Origin: a virus
Taxonomy: Duplodnaviria; Caudoviricetes
Virus record (IMG/VR): IMGVR_UViG_3300027799_000001
Span: 1 to 56,544 of that record
Reading direction: 5' to 3' (one strand)
Length of the DNA: 56,544 bases
Position 1 is the stretch's first letter, and each line of letters opens with the position of its first letter. The notes beneath the pieces are model-generated. The model was given only the letters and a program-made list of their open reading frames with translations. It did no database searches and was not told the origin of the DNA. Made by a program: the position numbers and the translations under genes. Positions 29,788-39,323 of this stretch are shown piece after piece.

Positions 29788-30837
29788 ATGGCACTGCCTG
29801 CTGGAACTAAATACTATGTAAAACTTACTATTAATCAAAGTTTGTTGGGTGAAAATAATGACAGCTTTTTGTTTTGTTTTCTTTTGGGTAATGTTAATAG
29901 TGATTTATTTTGGGGTGAGATAACAAATCAAAACAATTTGGCTGTTGTTGATGCAATTAGTGAGAATTTGTGTAATAAATCTACACTTGGATTTGTAGAT
30001 AAAGGTAGTAAAGAAGGTATTTTGTATTGGCATGGTAATACTCATTCCAATGCAGAATTTTATTTATGTGTAGGATCACAGTTAAATAACAGTGATACAA
30101 ATGTAACATTTAGTGACGCTGGTGTCGTACAATTATATCCTTGTTGTGATGCTTATGGAAGCACAACTATAAAAGGTGTCTCAAGTGATGCTACTATTGT
30201 TGGAAGTGATATATTCCTTGGTAGTACATGGTTTTATAGAGGAATAATTAGGCCTTCTGTAACTAACACATCATATATAATAGATAACACGGCATCTTTA
30301 CCATCTGGTGATCGTACAATAGAGTACATATTTTATTTAGACTCTATTCTTGATGTTTCTAATCCTATTATGTATACTGATGGTCAGATGACTCAATGGA
30401 TATCAGCTTATGTATCACCGACACGTGGTTTAATGTCAAAAAATACACCATCACAAGCTATATATAACAAATCGTCGGACTCGGCTTTTAATAGTGGTAG
30501 TTTATATCATGTAGCCGAAACAATCAAAACAGATGGAAAGGTTACTTTTGTAATTGATGGTTCTGTTTCTGGCGTGGTAGATCAAGTAGGTGATGTTCTA
30601 TTGGCCGGTTCTTATATAAAAATGTGGGAAGCCAAAAATTTGATTTGGAACAGGATTGCGGGTTACATGGAACAAATAACTTTTTGGAATTATAATTTGA
30701 CTCCAGGACATTTAATGTCGCGAAATTATATGTTTTCAAGTAATGCGTTGTTTTTTGGAAATGATTTTACTTTATTATCAGCCGGCAAAAAACTTGTTAA
30801 AAACAGAGTGAATATGATCATGAGCAACTGTATGTAA
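29788..30837 (+). CDS. LamG / concanavalin A-like domain virion protein
   Basis: TIE..F, YHVA.T...V....DG, G.M.....WN..LT. Confidence 0.65.
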   Translation: MALPAGTKYYVKLTINQSLLGENNDSFLFCFLLGNVNSDLFWGEITNQNNLAVVDAISENLCNKSTLGFVDKGSKEGILYWHGNTHSNAEFYLCVGSQLNNSDTNVTFSDAGVVQLYPCCDAYGSTTIKGVSSDATIVGSDIFLGSTWFYRGIIRPSVTNTSYIIDNTASLPSGDRTIEYIFYLDSILDVSNPIMYTDGQMTQWISAYVSPTRGLMSKNTPSQAIYNKSSDSAFNSGSLYHVAETIKTDGKVTFVIDGSVSGVVDQVGDVLLAGSYIKMWEAKNLIWNRIAGYMEQITFWNYNLTPGHLMSRNYMFSSNALFFGNDFTLLSAGKKLVKNRVNMIMSNCM

Positions 30838-30863
30838 TATAATTTGTATATAATATATATAAG

Positions 30864-31220
30864 GTGGACATAATGGAAAGTAAAAAAAATTTTTCTCTTA
30901 AAAAAGAGGAAGGAACACCATACGCCTTTTTGGTTATGGCAAATAGAGAAGAGGTTTTAAAAGTATACGTTAAAACTAAAATTGTTATTACTGAAAAAAA
31001 ACCAGTGCCACGCAAAAGCGATGATGATCCAATAGAATATAAAAATAAAGATGTTGTTAAAGAAGTTGAAAATGTATTAATGATTGCGGCCAATGTTAAT
31101 TATGTCGATTATTTGGGTCAAAAAAATATAAAATATACATACACAACACCGTTGATACAAATAAATAATTTAGTTGATGCAAATTGTGATAATGGTGTTG
31201 TTTACTTTCTTTATTTGTAG
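30864..31220 (+). CDS. Hypothetical protein
   Basis: ORF in the head operon. Confidence 0.55.
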   Translation: MDIMESKKNFSLKKEEGTPYAFLVMANREEVLKVYVKTKIVITEKKPVPRKSDDDPIEYKNKDVVKEVENVLMIAANVNYVDYLGQKNIKYTYTTPLIQINNLVDANCDNGVVYFLYL

Positions 31221-31226
31221 GTTTAA

Positions 31227-32117
31227 ATGCAAAAAATTTTATGTAAAGAGTATGTAGCTAACACTAGGAGCGTGTTTGTAACTAAAGATGAGGCAATGCG
31301 TCTTTGCTCAACTATTGGCTTAGAGTACCATGATGGATTGGAAAAAAGGATATTACAGCATACAATAACAGATGCAACCCAAGATCATTCAGGTGATGTT
31401 GTAATTCCAGACGGTGTAGATTTTTCTGATTTTTTTCCTAAAAATCCCGTTGTAATGGGTTTTCATGATTATCATAATATGCCGATTGGTAGTTGTGTTA
31501 AGATCTGGTTGGATAAGAGATTTGGTAAACTTAATGCTTGGACATTATTTTATGATAATATAATTGATCCAACCGGAAAATCTGATGCTATGTATAAAAT
31601 GTATAGCTCTGGTGCTATAAAGGGAGTTAGTATAGGTTTTCATGGAATAGATGTTATTTACCCTAAAAATGAAAAAGAGAGAGAAGAGCTTGGTGTAGGT
31701 GAACATGGAAGATATATCAAATCTTGTAAATTGGTTGAGTATAGCCTTGTTCCAATACCTTGTAATCCAAACGCCTTGACAATGTATGAGGCTATAGGTG
31801 TAGATATAAAATCAATTTTAGTTGGAGATACTGTTGATTTTGTTGAAGATATTGAAAGTAAAATTAATAGTTATATACATTCAAAAAATATCGGTACAAT
31901 GGATGATGAGGAAAGTATGGCAATTAATGAATTGGTTAGTAAGTTAGTTTTGGAGATAGATAGTTTAAAAAAGATTGTTGAGGCACTAACAATAGAATTT
32001 AAAAATTTTAATGATGCTTCTAGTAAAGAAGAGCAAGAACTTAAAAATGCTGAGATAGAAAAAAAGAAAAAAGATGCGATTGAGGCAATAAAAAAAATAT
32101 TTAACTGTAAGGGGTAA
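31227..32117 (+). CDS. Prohead protease (HK97 family)
   Basis: D..GDV..P.G, NPV....H, PIG, SIGF, L.EYS.V.IP.NP.A. Confidence 0.9.
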   Translation: MQKILCKEYVANTRSVFVTKDEAMRLCSTIGLEYHDGLEKRILQHTITDATQDHSGDVVIPDGVDFSDFFPKNPVVMGFHDYHNMPIGSCVKIWLDKRFGKLNAWTLFYDNIIDPTGKSDAMYKMYSSGAIKGVSIGFHGIDVIYPKNEKEREELGVGEHGRYIKSCKLVEYSLVPIPCNPNALTMYEAIGVDIKSILVGDTVDFVEDIESKINSYIHSKNIGTMDDEESMAINELVSKLVLEIDSLKKIVEALTIEFKNFNDASSKEEQELKNAEIEKKKKDAIEAIKKIFNCKG

Positions 32118-32120
32118 GAT

Positions 32121-32237
32121 ATGGATTTTTCTAAATTTTTGTCTGTTGTTAAAAAGGTTGTGCAGATCGTCACTGCAATACTTGCAGTGCTTGAAACACA
32201 AACTGGTAGTGTTGTAAAGAAAATTTTAAAAAAATAA
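32121..32237 (+). CDS. 38-aa amphipathic cationic peptide
   Basis: AAGGGG RBS; MDFSKFLSVVKKVVQIVTAILAVLETQTGSVVKKILKK. Confidence 0.55.
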   Translation: MDFSKFLSVVKKVVQIVTAILAVLETQTGSVVKKILKK

Positions 32238-32251
32238 TAAGGAGTTTTGAG

Positions 32252-33556
32252 ATGGAGCTTGAATTAAAAAGTATAGTGAGTGAGTTGCAGAATTACAAGA
32301 ATAAAATTGAGAGTGATATTAAAGGTTATTCAGATAGTAATTCGGCTGAAATTAAAAAATTGAAAGACCAACTCGATGAAATCAATAAACAAATAGCTTC
32401 GGTAAATGATGCTATTAAAGCACGTGATTTAAAAACCATACCAGGTTTTGATGATATTAAATCGGAGCGTGAGAAATTTTCTATTCGAAATTTCATTTTT
32501 GCATGCGCTGAAGCAGCGTCAAGAGGCTGTCACTGGAAAGATATAGCACCTTACGAGTATGAGGTTATATCGAAAATCAACCCGCCTGGACGTGTTATTA
32601 CAAAAGGTTCTACAGCTTCAAATAGCGAAGGTATGGGATATTTAATTCCAAATTCTTTGTCTGATGAGATAATTGAGTTGATGGTTCCAAAAATGCCAAT
32701 GTTATCTCTTGGCGCAACTGTTCTTAAAGGCTTAGTTGGTAATTTGTATCTTAATAAACACACACAACGTAATACCGGTTACTGGATTGGAGAGACTGAG
32801 ACACCTACTCCTAGTGGAAACTTGTTACAACAGATTCAGTTGTCACCAAAACGTTTAGGTGTTGTTGATGCACTATCACGCACTTTGTCACAACAATCAC
32901 GTGGTGTTGCCGATACTTTTATCAAGCAGCAGATGGCTATTGAGGCAGCGCGTACTTTTAACGCTGGAATGATTTCGGGTACTGGGTCTCTTCGGCAGCC
33001 TAAAGGTATACTTAATGACAAATATTCATTAACTAGTGCGCCAGGTCAAGCTCCAAATGGTCAACGGCTTAAAGTTAATGACGCGGCTTGTATGGTACAA
33101 GCACTCGACAATCTTGATGAATTGATTGATAGCGGTAGATTCGGGTTTTTGATGCATCCACAAGCTTTGTGGGCACTCAAAAAAGAACGGGTATCTTTGT
33201 ATTCGGGTCAACCTTTAGGAACTGGCCTTCCTATTGGTGGTTTTTTAAATTCAATTTTAACCGATGAACAAGTAAAGCAATCGATGGGTTATCCTATTGC
33301 AACTACAACTTTAATGCCTAAAAATTTGACTTGTGGTACTTCTTCGACTTGTTCAAATGTTGTTTTTGGTAATTTTGCACAAGCATTTATCGGTTTTTGG
33401 AATGAACTTGAAATTAGAACTTCTGACACTGCCGGTAATGCATTTGTTAATGATATGATTTATATGGTCGCTTTTCATACGGTTGATTTTCAAATTGGAA
33501 GAGAAAGTGCATTCTGTAAACGTTCTGACATTGAGACAAACGAGGCTAATTGGTAA
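32252..33556 (+). CDS. Major capsid protein (HK97 fold)
   Basis: Coiled-coil delta domain, GYLIP, WIGE, G.G...P.GI, FGNF. Confidence 0.95.
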   Translation: MELELKSIVSELQNYKNKIESDIKGYSDSNSAEIKKLKDQLDEINKQIASVNDAIKARDLKTIPGFDDIKSEREKFSIRNFIFACAEAASRGCHWKDIAPYEYEVISKINPPGRVITKGSTASNSEGMGYLIPNSLSDEIIELMVPKMPMLSLGATVLKGLVGNLYLNKHTQRNTGYWIGETETPTPSGNLLQQIQLSPKRLGVVDALSRTLSQQSRGVADTFIKQQMAIEAARTFNAGMISGTGSLRQPKGILNDKYSLTSAPGQAPNGQRLKVNDAACMVQALDNLDELIDSGRFGFLMHPQALWALKKERVSLYSGQPLGTGLPIGGFLNSILTDEQVKQSMGYPIATTTLMPKNLTCGTSSTCSNVVFGNFAQAFIGFWNELEIRTSDTAGNAFVNDMIYMVAFHTVDFQIGRESAFCKRSDIETNEANW

Positions 33557-33561
33557 TAATT

Positions 33562-33584
33562 AAGGGTGATATTATTCACCCTTT
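33562..33584 (+). terminator. Hairpin/terminator after the capsid gene
   Basis: AAGGGTGA ... TCACCCTT stem with downstream T runs. Confidence 0.6.
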
Positions 33585-33618
33585 CAAATTTTTAAATTAG
33601 AAAAAAATGGAGAAATAA

Positions 33619-34116
33619 ATGTATAATGGCAATTTAAAAGGAGCGATAACACAGCAAGTATTGCATAGTTTGAATCAGTCTAGTACTGAGGCAACTTTGT
33701 ATAATGGTAGTGTTGTTGCTGTTACAGGCAACGGTTTTGACACAACTAATTACGATGAAATGCTGGTGTATTGTGTTACAGGTAGTTCGCATACTGGAGC
33801 TATAAAAGTGGATTTTGTACATTCGGATACAAACGATCCAGCTACTGCTATTCAGATTGTTAGCTTAGCGCCTATGTCACCAACACAATATGGTCAATCA
33901 GCAAGTACTGCAGCTTTTGGCACTATTACATCTGCGTCTGCAATTGGGGTTGGTTCTTTAAGATCAAAAAATGCATGCAAAAGGTATATGTGGTCACGTG
34001 TCTATCAGACAGCTACTACTTGCCAGTTTTTTATATATGCTATAGCTGGTGCTTCTGATAAAAAACCTCTTAATACTTTGATAGGTACAAATCTTGTCTT
34101 TGATGCAGGTTATTAA
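33619..34116 (+). CDS. Capsid decoration/cement protein (putative)
   Basis: G.G.DT..YD, HSD, KRY pattern; directly after the capsid gene. Confidence 0.6.
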   Translation: MYNGNLKGAITQQVLHSLNQSSTEATLYNGSVVAVTGNGFDTTNYDEMLVYCVTGSSHTGAIKVDFVHSDTNDPATAIQIVSLAPMSPTQYGQSASTAAFGTITSASAIGVGSLRSKNACKRYMWSRVYQTATTCQFFIYAIAGASDKKPLNTLIGTNLVFDAGY

Positions 34117-34159
34117 TAATAATATTAGGCTGGTTTAACCACCAGCCTATGGGGCTACA

Positions 34160-35005
34160 ATGAACCTTACATCCTACGAGCGCATGCGTCGATACGCTGC
34201 ATCAATCAACGATAATAAAATAAATGATAATACTTCTTTTAGACGCGGTATATTGTCTCAAATACCTGTTGTAAGCAGTGATATTGAGGGTTATATTAAT
34301 CGTAAATGTGAGACAGGTCAATATACAGAGTACTACGATGTAACGTACAATCAACGCTTGTATCAAGTTCAGAATTATCCTATATCAACAATAGATGAGA
34401 TATCACTTGATATAGAAGGGCAATTTGATGGATACGAACAAGTATTGTCTTCAAGTGATTACACGTATGATGAATATAGAAGTGGTATAGTTCTATTGTG
34501 TTCACAATGGTGGACTGGTTTTAGATCAATAAAAATTAAGTATGTTGGTGGTTTAGCGAGTAGCGCTATTAATTCGGTTTACACTTTGTCATCTGTAAGT
34601 GGCACTATAACACCTGGATTATATTGCATTGGTGACAGTTCGTTATCATGCGGTATTGTTCGATCTACAAGTGCTACAGTGCCATCTGTTAATGTAGAGG
34701 TGTTATATGGTGTGTATACAGTTGGTGAAGGACTGAATTTTTATTCTAGTGAAGACGGATCTGGAACATATTTAGCAAGCTCTATTTTGCAGTCCAAGAC
34801 TTCTATTGCTTTATGCGAAAGTCATCCTTCGATTGTTAATGCAGCCGAAGTAGAAGTGTATTACAGATACAGGCATAAGGGTAACTTTGAAAATGTATCT
34901 ACTCAAAAAGATGGTACTAGTGTTCGTACTCAAGGTGAAGCCTGTTTGAGACCTGAAACAAAAAATCTTCTTAAAAAATATAGACGCATTGCAATGGGGA
35001 AATGA
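34160..35005 (+). CDS. Head-tail connector (gp6/gp15-like) with inserted beta domain
   Basis: IE.Y.NR, YP...I, I.Y.GG, LL..YRR; S/T/G-rich central insert. Confidence 0.75.
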   Translation: MNLTSYERMRRYAASINDNKINDNTSFRRGILSQIPVVSSDIEGYINRKCETGQYTEYYDVTYNQRLYQVQNYPISTIDEISLDIEGQFDGYEQVLSSSDYTYDEYRSGIVLLCSQWWTGFRSIKIKYVGGLASSAINSVYTLSSVSGTITPGLYCIGDSSLSCGIVRSTSATVPSVNVEVLYGVYTVGEGLNFYSSEDGSGTYLASSILQSKTSIALCESHPSIVNAAEVEVYYRYRHKGNFENVSTQKDGTSVRTQGEACLRPETKNLLKKYRRIAMGK

Positions 35006-35532
35006 TGAATTATCCATTCGATTTTTTGAGTGCGCTTAAAATCACACTTAAATTTGAAGGTGGGTTAAATAACGATCCTAAAGATTCGGGTGGTTTGACA
35101 AATTTTGGGATTACTCAAAGTGTATATAATACATATCGTAACTTTAAAAAGAAAAATTTACAAAGCGTTGAGTTAATAACACCTGAAGAATATAAAGAAA
35201 TATACTATAAAAATTATTGGCAAGCCGGATATTGCTACGACAGTTCGTTTAGTTCACCGCTTAATTATTTGCATTTTGACACATGTGTTAATTTAGGTCC
35301 CAAACGCGGCATTATGATTTTGCAAGAGGCAGTAGGTGCAGTCCAAGACGGTGTATTTGGCTACGAGACTAAGTCAAAGATTATTTGTAAGTCTTATGAG
35401 TTATCAATATTGGATTATGTGAGTTCAAGAAAAAGATTTTATGTTTTTTTAGCGCAAAAAAAACCAGAAAAATACGATTGTTTTCTTAAGGGATGGATTC
35501 GTAGGGCTAATTATTTTTTAGGTTTAATATAG
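35002..35532 (+). CDS. Endolysin, glycoside hydrolase family 108
   Basis: EGG..NDP.D.GG.TNFGIT, Y...YW, FD..VN.G, DG..G..T, F..GW..R. Confidence 0.92.
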   Translation: MMNYPFDFLSALKITLKFEGGLNNDPKDSGGLTNFGITQSVYNTYRNFKKKNLQSVELITPEEYKEIYYKNYWQAGYCYDSSFSSPLNYLHFDTCVNLGPKRGIMILQEAVGAVQDGVFGYETKSKIICKSYELSILDYVSSRKRFYVFLAQKKPEKYDCFLKGWIRRANYFLGLI

Positions 35533-35568
35533 GTGCAGCAGTATTAGAGTACTGAAACCACTGCACTT
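35532..35568. terminator. Hairpin between convergent transcription units
   Basis: GGTGCAG...CTGCACT stem between the endolysin and SLOG genes. Confidence 0.5.
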
Positions 35569-35578
35569 ATTGTATTAC

Positions 35579-35932
35579 TCAAAAATTACACACAATAACT
35601 GGTATGTTTTTATCTTTTGAAATTTTTATCATAGATTTTGTGCCATTTCCTCCTTTGAATGCAATGCATAGATCAGCAACCTCAGCCATTTTATAATTTC
35701 TTAAATAACCCGCGGCTTTACCGTGTTTTTCCCATTCAGCTCTGTATTCCATTACTGGGAGATTTAATTCTTTGGCTATTTGATAACCGAACATATCAGC
35801 CCCTTTTGCCATACCACATATTATGCATTTGACATTTAAAAGTTGTATTGTTTCAACAAGCCAAAGTTTGTGATCGTTATTTGGTATAAAATCTCTACCA
35901 CCACAAATTATAGCTTTTGTTATTTTGTCCAT
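35579..35932 (-). CDS. SLOG family protein (DUF2493/YspA-like)
   Basis: IICGGRDF, G.A.GAD, A.W..HG.AAG..RN..M, AF.GG.GT..M. Confidence 0.9.
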   Translation of the reverse strand: MDKITKAIICGGRDFIPNNDHKLWLVETIQLLNVKCIICGMAKGADMFGYQIAKELNLPVMEYRAEWEKHGKAAGYLRNYKMAEVADLCIAFKGGNGTKSMIKISKDKNIPVIVCNF

Positions 35933-35956
35933 ATTTATTTACACTTTCGAAACATA

Positions 35957-36604
35957 TTATGCATAAGAATCAACACATTCGATTTTACAAACACAACTTA
36001 TAGTGAATATTGAGCTTGAATTATAAAAATTGTGTTCTTTGACAAAATGGTTATATGGTGTATCATTGTTTGATACTAAAAAACAAGTCATGCCTTTGTC
36101 TACACCTTCTATTACTGTTTCAGCTCTGTCTTCAACCAAAATTTTTATTCCATGATCAATACAATAATCGATTTTGTTTTTTGTAAGAACTAACTGTATT
36201 GTATTGTTATCAAGTTCGTCGGAAGGGTCAAGTGATAATTTGGTACCAATTTTATCAGTTATATTGTTTTTTATAGATTCAAATGTTGATTCTTCAGTTA
36301 CTTTTTCTCTTGCAGTTATTATATAAATCTTGAATCTTTTCATTAGATTTAACAACAGACTGTTAACGCACGGATAGTATTCTAGATCATTAATTATTTT
36401 GGGGTCGCGGATAAGTTTTTTGAATTCAGCTCTTATATGTTCGTTTATATCGGACATGTCGTATTTTTTTGATGTTGTATTACTAAAAAATACAGCATTG
36501 CTCAAATCATCACCTTTTTTTATAATGTTTTCTTTAGCCATAAGAATCAAGTTACTTTTAAATTTACATAGCACTCCGTCCATATCAAACGCTATTTTTT
36601 TCAT
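35957..36604 (-). CDS. HAD-superfamily 5'(3')-nucleotidase-like protein
   Basis: IAFDMDGVL, ITAR, K, VED. Confidence 0.85.
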   Translation of the reverse strand: MKKIAFDMDGVLCKFKSNLILMAKENIIKKGDDLSNAVFFSNTTSKKYDMSDINEHIRAEFKKLIRDPKIINDLEYYPCVNSLLLNLMKRFKIYIITAREKVTEESTFESIKNNITDKIGTKLSLDPSDELDNNTIQLVLTKNKIDYCIDHGIKILVEDRAETVIEGVDKGMTCFLVSNNDTPYNHFVKEHNFYNSSSIFTISCVCKIECVDSYA

Positions 36605-36629
36605 TGTATATCCTTTCTATTTTATGATG

Positions 36630-36827
36630 TTATTCACTTCCAACGACATTGCAATGACATATATTGCATTTTGTTGGACAGTGGCAATAAATTCTTATAT
36701 TCGCCTGATCTTTGTTTATTTTTTCGATTTCTTTTTGTATGTACTTAGATAAGTTTCTTTCCATCAGCTCTTTGTTTGATTTTACTGTCAAAGAATCTTT
36801 TGCTAATATTTTTTTGTTTTTTTTCAT
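36630..36827 (-). CDS. Hypothetical protein
   Basis: Co-oriented ORF with Cys-rich C-terminus. Confidence 0.5.
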   Translation of the reverse strand: MKKNKKILAKDSLTVKSNKELMERNLSKYIQKEIEKINKDQANIRIYCHCPTKCNICHCNVVGSE

Positions 36828-36837
36828 ATTTTGTGTC

Positions 36838-37131
36838 CTATGTTATTTTTTGAAAATTTTTAACATCATCGAAAACATTAAAACCGTCTTTGGATGAGAT
36901 GAAAATCATTGTATCACCAGTTGGTAGATTCCAAAAAAAGGGTAAATTAATATTTGGAAAGTATTTTAAAGCCCACATTTTGATTTGATCTCTAGTTCCT
37001 TTATAGTATGTATTAGCTATGTCTCCATCCCAGTGATAAGTTATTAACTCAAATATTTCTTCTCCGAAAAAATTTTTTTTGTCTGTTTTGGTAATGTACA
37101 AATTTAATGGGTTTTTACTTTTTTTAAACAT
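36838..37131 (-). CDS. Hypothetical protein
   Basis: AAGGA RBS; tightly packed with neighbours. Confidence 0.55.
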   Translation of the reverse strand: MFKKSKNPLNLYITKTDKKNFFGEEIFELITYHWDGDIANTYYKGTRDQIKMWALKYFPNINLPFFWNLPTGDTMIFISSKDGFNVFDDVKNFQKIT

Positions 37132-37145
37132 AGTTTTTCCTTTTA

Positions 37146-37523
37146 TTATTTGTTTACCAAGCTACTGTTATCGACTCTATTTTTTAGTTCAGTTAAAGGA
37201 ATTATTGTAATTTTAGGGCCAACAAGTATATGTGAGTTATTAATAAACTCGACAGAATCGTACTTGTCAATTCCGATTAAAAGATATTGATTCAATTTTG
37301 TCGAGTACAGAATTTTTTTGCATAGAGCCATGCACTTGACATTGAAATCCCCTGAAGACCATTCTACTATTATTATGTAGTCATCCGGTGCTGCTTCTAA
37401 GATATTAAATTGATAATACTTTTTAATATCCATATCTTTTGCACTCAAATCGAAACAAGACAATAGTATGCAAAAAACTATCCATGACCATATGCCTGTA
37501 AATAACACTGCTGTTTTGTTCAT
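37146..37523 (-). CDS. Hypothetical protein with signal peptide or TM helix
   Basis: AAGGAG RBS; hydrophobic N-terminus. Confidence 0.6.
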   Translation of the reverse strand: MNKTAVLFTGIWSWIVFCILLSCFDLSAKDMDIKKYYQFNILEAAPDDYIIIVEWSSGDFNVKCMALCKKILYSTKLNQYLLIGIDKYDSVEFINNSHILVGPKITIIPLTELKNRVDNSSLVNK

Positions 37524-37542
37524 AAAAACTCCTTTTGAAAAA

Positions 37543-37896
37543 TTATATTAATTTTAAAAAATCATCTATCGACTTTGTGTCTTCCAATGACTTTCTTATT
37601 TTCTCTATGTCTATTCCTTTACCTCCTTCAGGTTCTTTTGTGTTATGAACATCATTTTCAACAGATGGAAGCGCATTGTAGAAGTAAGGTTGTATATTGT
37701 CTTCATATATTTCTAAACGGTGGATGTACACTTTGCGTGCTGCGTCTGGCATAACGTATACAACTCGGTATAAATCATTATGGATTTTAATTGCTACTAT
37801 TTCCGTTCCTTTTGACAGCGTAACATTTTTTTTGACGTTTTTTTGATCGGTAAATGTTACAATGGTATCATATTTTAGTGTGATTATACATAGCAT
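37543..37896 (-). CDS. Hypothetical protein
   Basis: GGAGG RBS; start overlaps the upstream stop. Confidence 0.6.
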   Translation of the reverse strand: MLCIITLKYDTIVTFTDQKNVKKNVTLSKGTEIVAIKIHNDLYRVVYVMPDAARKVYIHRLEIYEDNIQPYFYNALPSVENDVHNTKEPEGGKGIDIEKIRKSLEDTKSIDDFLKLI

Positions 37897-38141
37897 TACA
37901 TGTCCTCCTTTTGTTTTGATTTACCAAACAACCTAGCGGTGGAAATATATATTATAATCCATGTTATCAATGATAACATAAGGATTAACAATCCCTTGTA
38001 TAGTTGTATTAGTCCGACATCATTGAAAGAAATAACATAAACTACAATTGGAGCAATCACCATCACAATCAAAGCTGTTATTATTTGTATAATTGTTCCT
38101 AAAATATCCAATGTTTCTTCGCTTGGTTTCATTGTACCCAT
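37896..38141 (-). CDS. Two-TM membrane protein
   Basis: Two hydrophobic helices. Confidence 0.6.
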   Translation of the reverse strand: MGTMKPSEETLDILGTIIQIITALIVMVIAPIVVYVISFNDVGLIQLYKGLLILMLSLITWIIIYISTARLFGKSKQKEDM

Positions 38142-38146
38142 CCTTG

Positions 38147-38344
38147 TTATATTGATTTCACGTTTCTAAAAAAATTTGCATGTTTTTGCAATGTTTTGTT
38201 ATTGATAAATATATCATTTCCAATTATTTTTATTTCACTTTTATGAATGATTATGTACTCAGTTGTTGTCCACACCTTCTTTTTTAGTTCGATATAACAT
38301 CCTGTTTTTTGATTGATAGTGAAGATTTTTGTTAATTTTGTCAT
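38147..38344 (-). CDS. Hypothetical early protein
   Basis: AAGGAGG RBS just after a promoter. Confidence 0.6.
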   Translation of the reverse strand: MTKLTKIFTINQKTGCYIELKKKVWTTTEYIIIHKSEIKIIGNDIFINNKTLQKHANFFRNVKSI

Positions 38345-38367
38345 TTCGTCCTCCTTGTTATATATAA

Positions 38368-38396
38368 ATTATACAACTTTTTCAGGGAAGAGTCAA
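38368..38396 (-). promoter_or_regulatory. Sigma70-type early promoter
   Basis: TTGACT-17 nt-TATAAT. Confidence 0.8.
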
Positions 38397-38409
38397 TACT
38401 TTTGATTAA

Positions 38410-38541
38410 TTATTTTTCTATTTGTTCCAATACCTTGTTAAATCCATTGTTATAGTTGTTGACTGTATTTTGAAAACTTTTGAACGTAAAAAAACCTATT
38501 ATCATTGTGATTGTTATTATTGTGATTATTATTGTTTTCAT
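38410..38541 (-). CDS. 43-aa single-TM peptide
   Basis: AAGGGG RBS; MKTIIITIITITMIIGFFTFKSF... Confidence 0.55.
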   Translation of the reverse strand: MKTIIITIITITMIIGFFTFKSFQNTVNNYNNGFNKVLEQIEK

Positions 38542-38590
38542 TTTTTACCCCTTTTTTGTATTTGTTGTGTCTCATTACTACTGTATAATA

Positions 38591-38619
38591 AGTATACCAC
38601 TGATTCATGATATTGTCAA
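38591..38619 (-). promoter_or_regulatory. Sigma70-type early promoter
   Basis: TTGACA-17 nt-TATACT. Confidence 0.85.
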
Positions 38620-38647
38620 TAATATTTTATATGTTTTTTAATCTTAA

Positions 38648-38690
38648 AATACAAAACCCATAAAAATAAACGGTTTATGGGTTTTGTATT
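38648..38690 (-). terminator. Rho-independent terminator
   Basis: AATACAAAACCCATAAA / TTTATGGGTTTTGTATT inverted repeat. Confidence 0.75.
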
Positions 38691-38705
38691 AATATCAGTG
38701 TTTTT

Positions 38706-38891
38706 TTAATTTTTAATCTCAGCAAATATAGCACCATAATAATCATGATCTACAACTTTGTAACATTTTATGTTATTTGAATATTTCTTGTAAGCCATTG
38801 TAAATTTTTCACCATTTTGGCCGATTTTGTCTTCGATATGATCAATAATTATAACTTTGCCGCTTGTTAGTCTAATTTTTTGGATTTTCAT
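38706..38891 (-). CDS. Hypothetical early protein (intact member of the MKxQxIRL family)
   Basis: MKIQKIRLTSGKVIIIDH; degenerate copies at 2055-2150 and 44374-44451. Confidence 0.65.
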   Translation of the reverse strand: MKIQKIRLTSGKVIIIDHIEDKIGQNGEKFTMAYKKYSNNIKCYKVVDHDYYGAIFAEIKN

Positions 38892-38907
38892 TTTGACCAC
38901 CTTTGCT

Positions 38908-39189
38908 TTATACTTTAACTTTGTAATAAGTTAAAATAGCATCGTAATTATCATAGATTAAGTGTTTAGCAAACCACAAATCAAAACCATATTTCTTCAT
39001 GACCATTCTAGTCAATGTTATTTTTGATGTTTCACCAGAAAAAACTAATTCTTTGAACGTTTTCAAAGTTTCCAAATCTATTTCATATTCAATCTCATCC
39101 AGAAACTTAAACAACAGTAATCTTTTCTCGCAATCACACTCTGCTTTATATCTCAAATCAATAAGTTCATATTCGTGTTTCAAGTCCAT
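38908..39189 (-). CDS. Early protein, bL12 CTD-like paralog family
   Basis: KITLTRMVMKKYGFDLWFAKHLI; AAGGAG RBS. Confidence 0.7.
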   Translation of the reverse strand: MDLKHEYELIDLRYKAECDCEKRLLLFKFLDEIEYEIDLETLKTFKELVFSGETSKITLTRMVMKKYGFDLWFAKHLIYDNYDAILTYYKVKV

Positions 39190-39250
39190 ATCAGTCTCCT
39201 TTGTTAAAACATTTTAAACATTACCTAAGATACTTATTTCTTATATAATA

Positions 39251-39279
39251 ATTATACAACCCAATATTAATGTTGTCAA
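39251..39279 (-). promoter_or_regulatory. Sigma70-type early promoter
   Basis: TTGACA-17 nt-TATAAT. Confidence 0.9.
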
Positions 39280-39323
39280 TAATATTTTGATTTGTTTTTT
39301 TAAAAAAATATTATATTGTTAAT

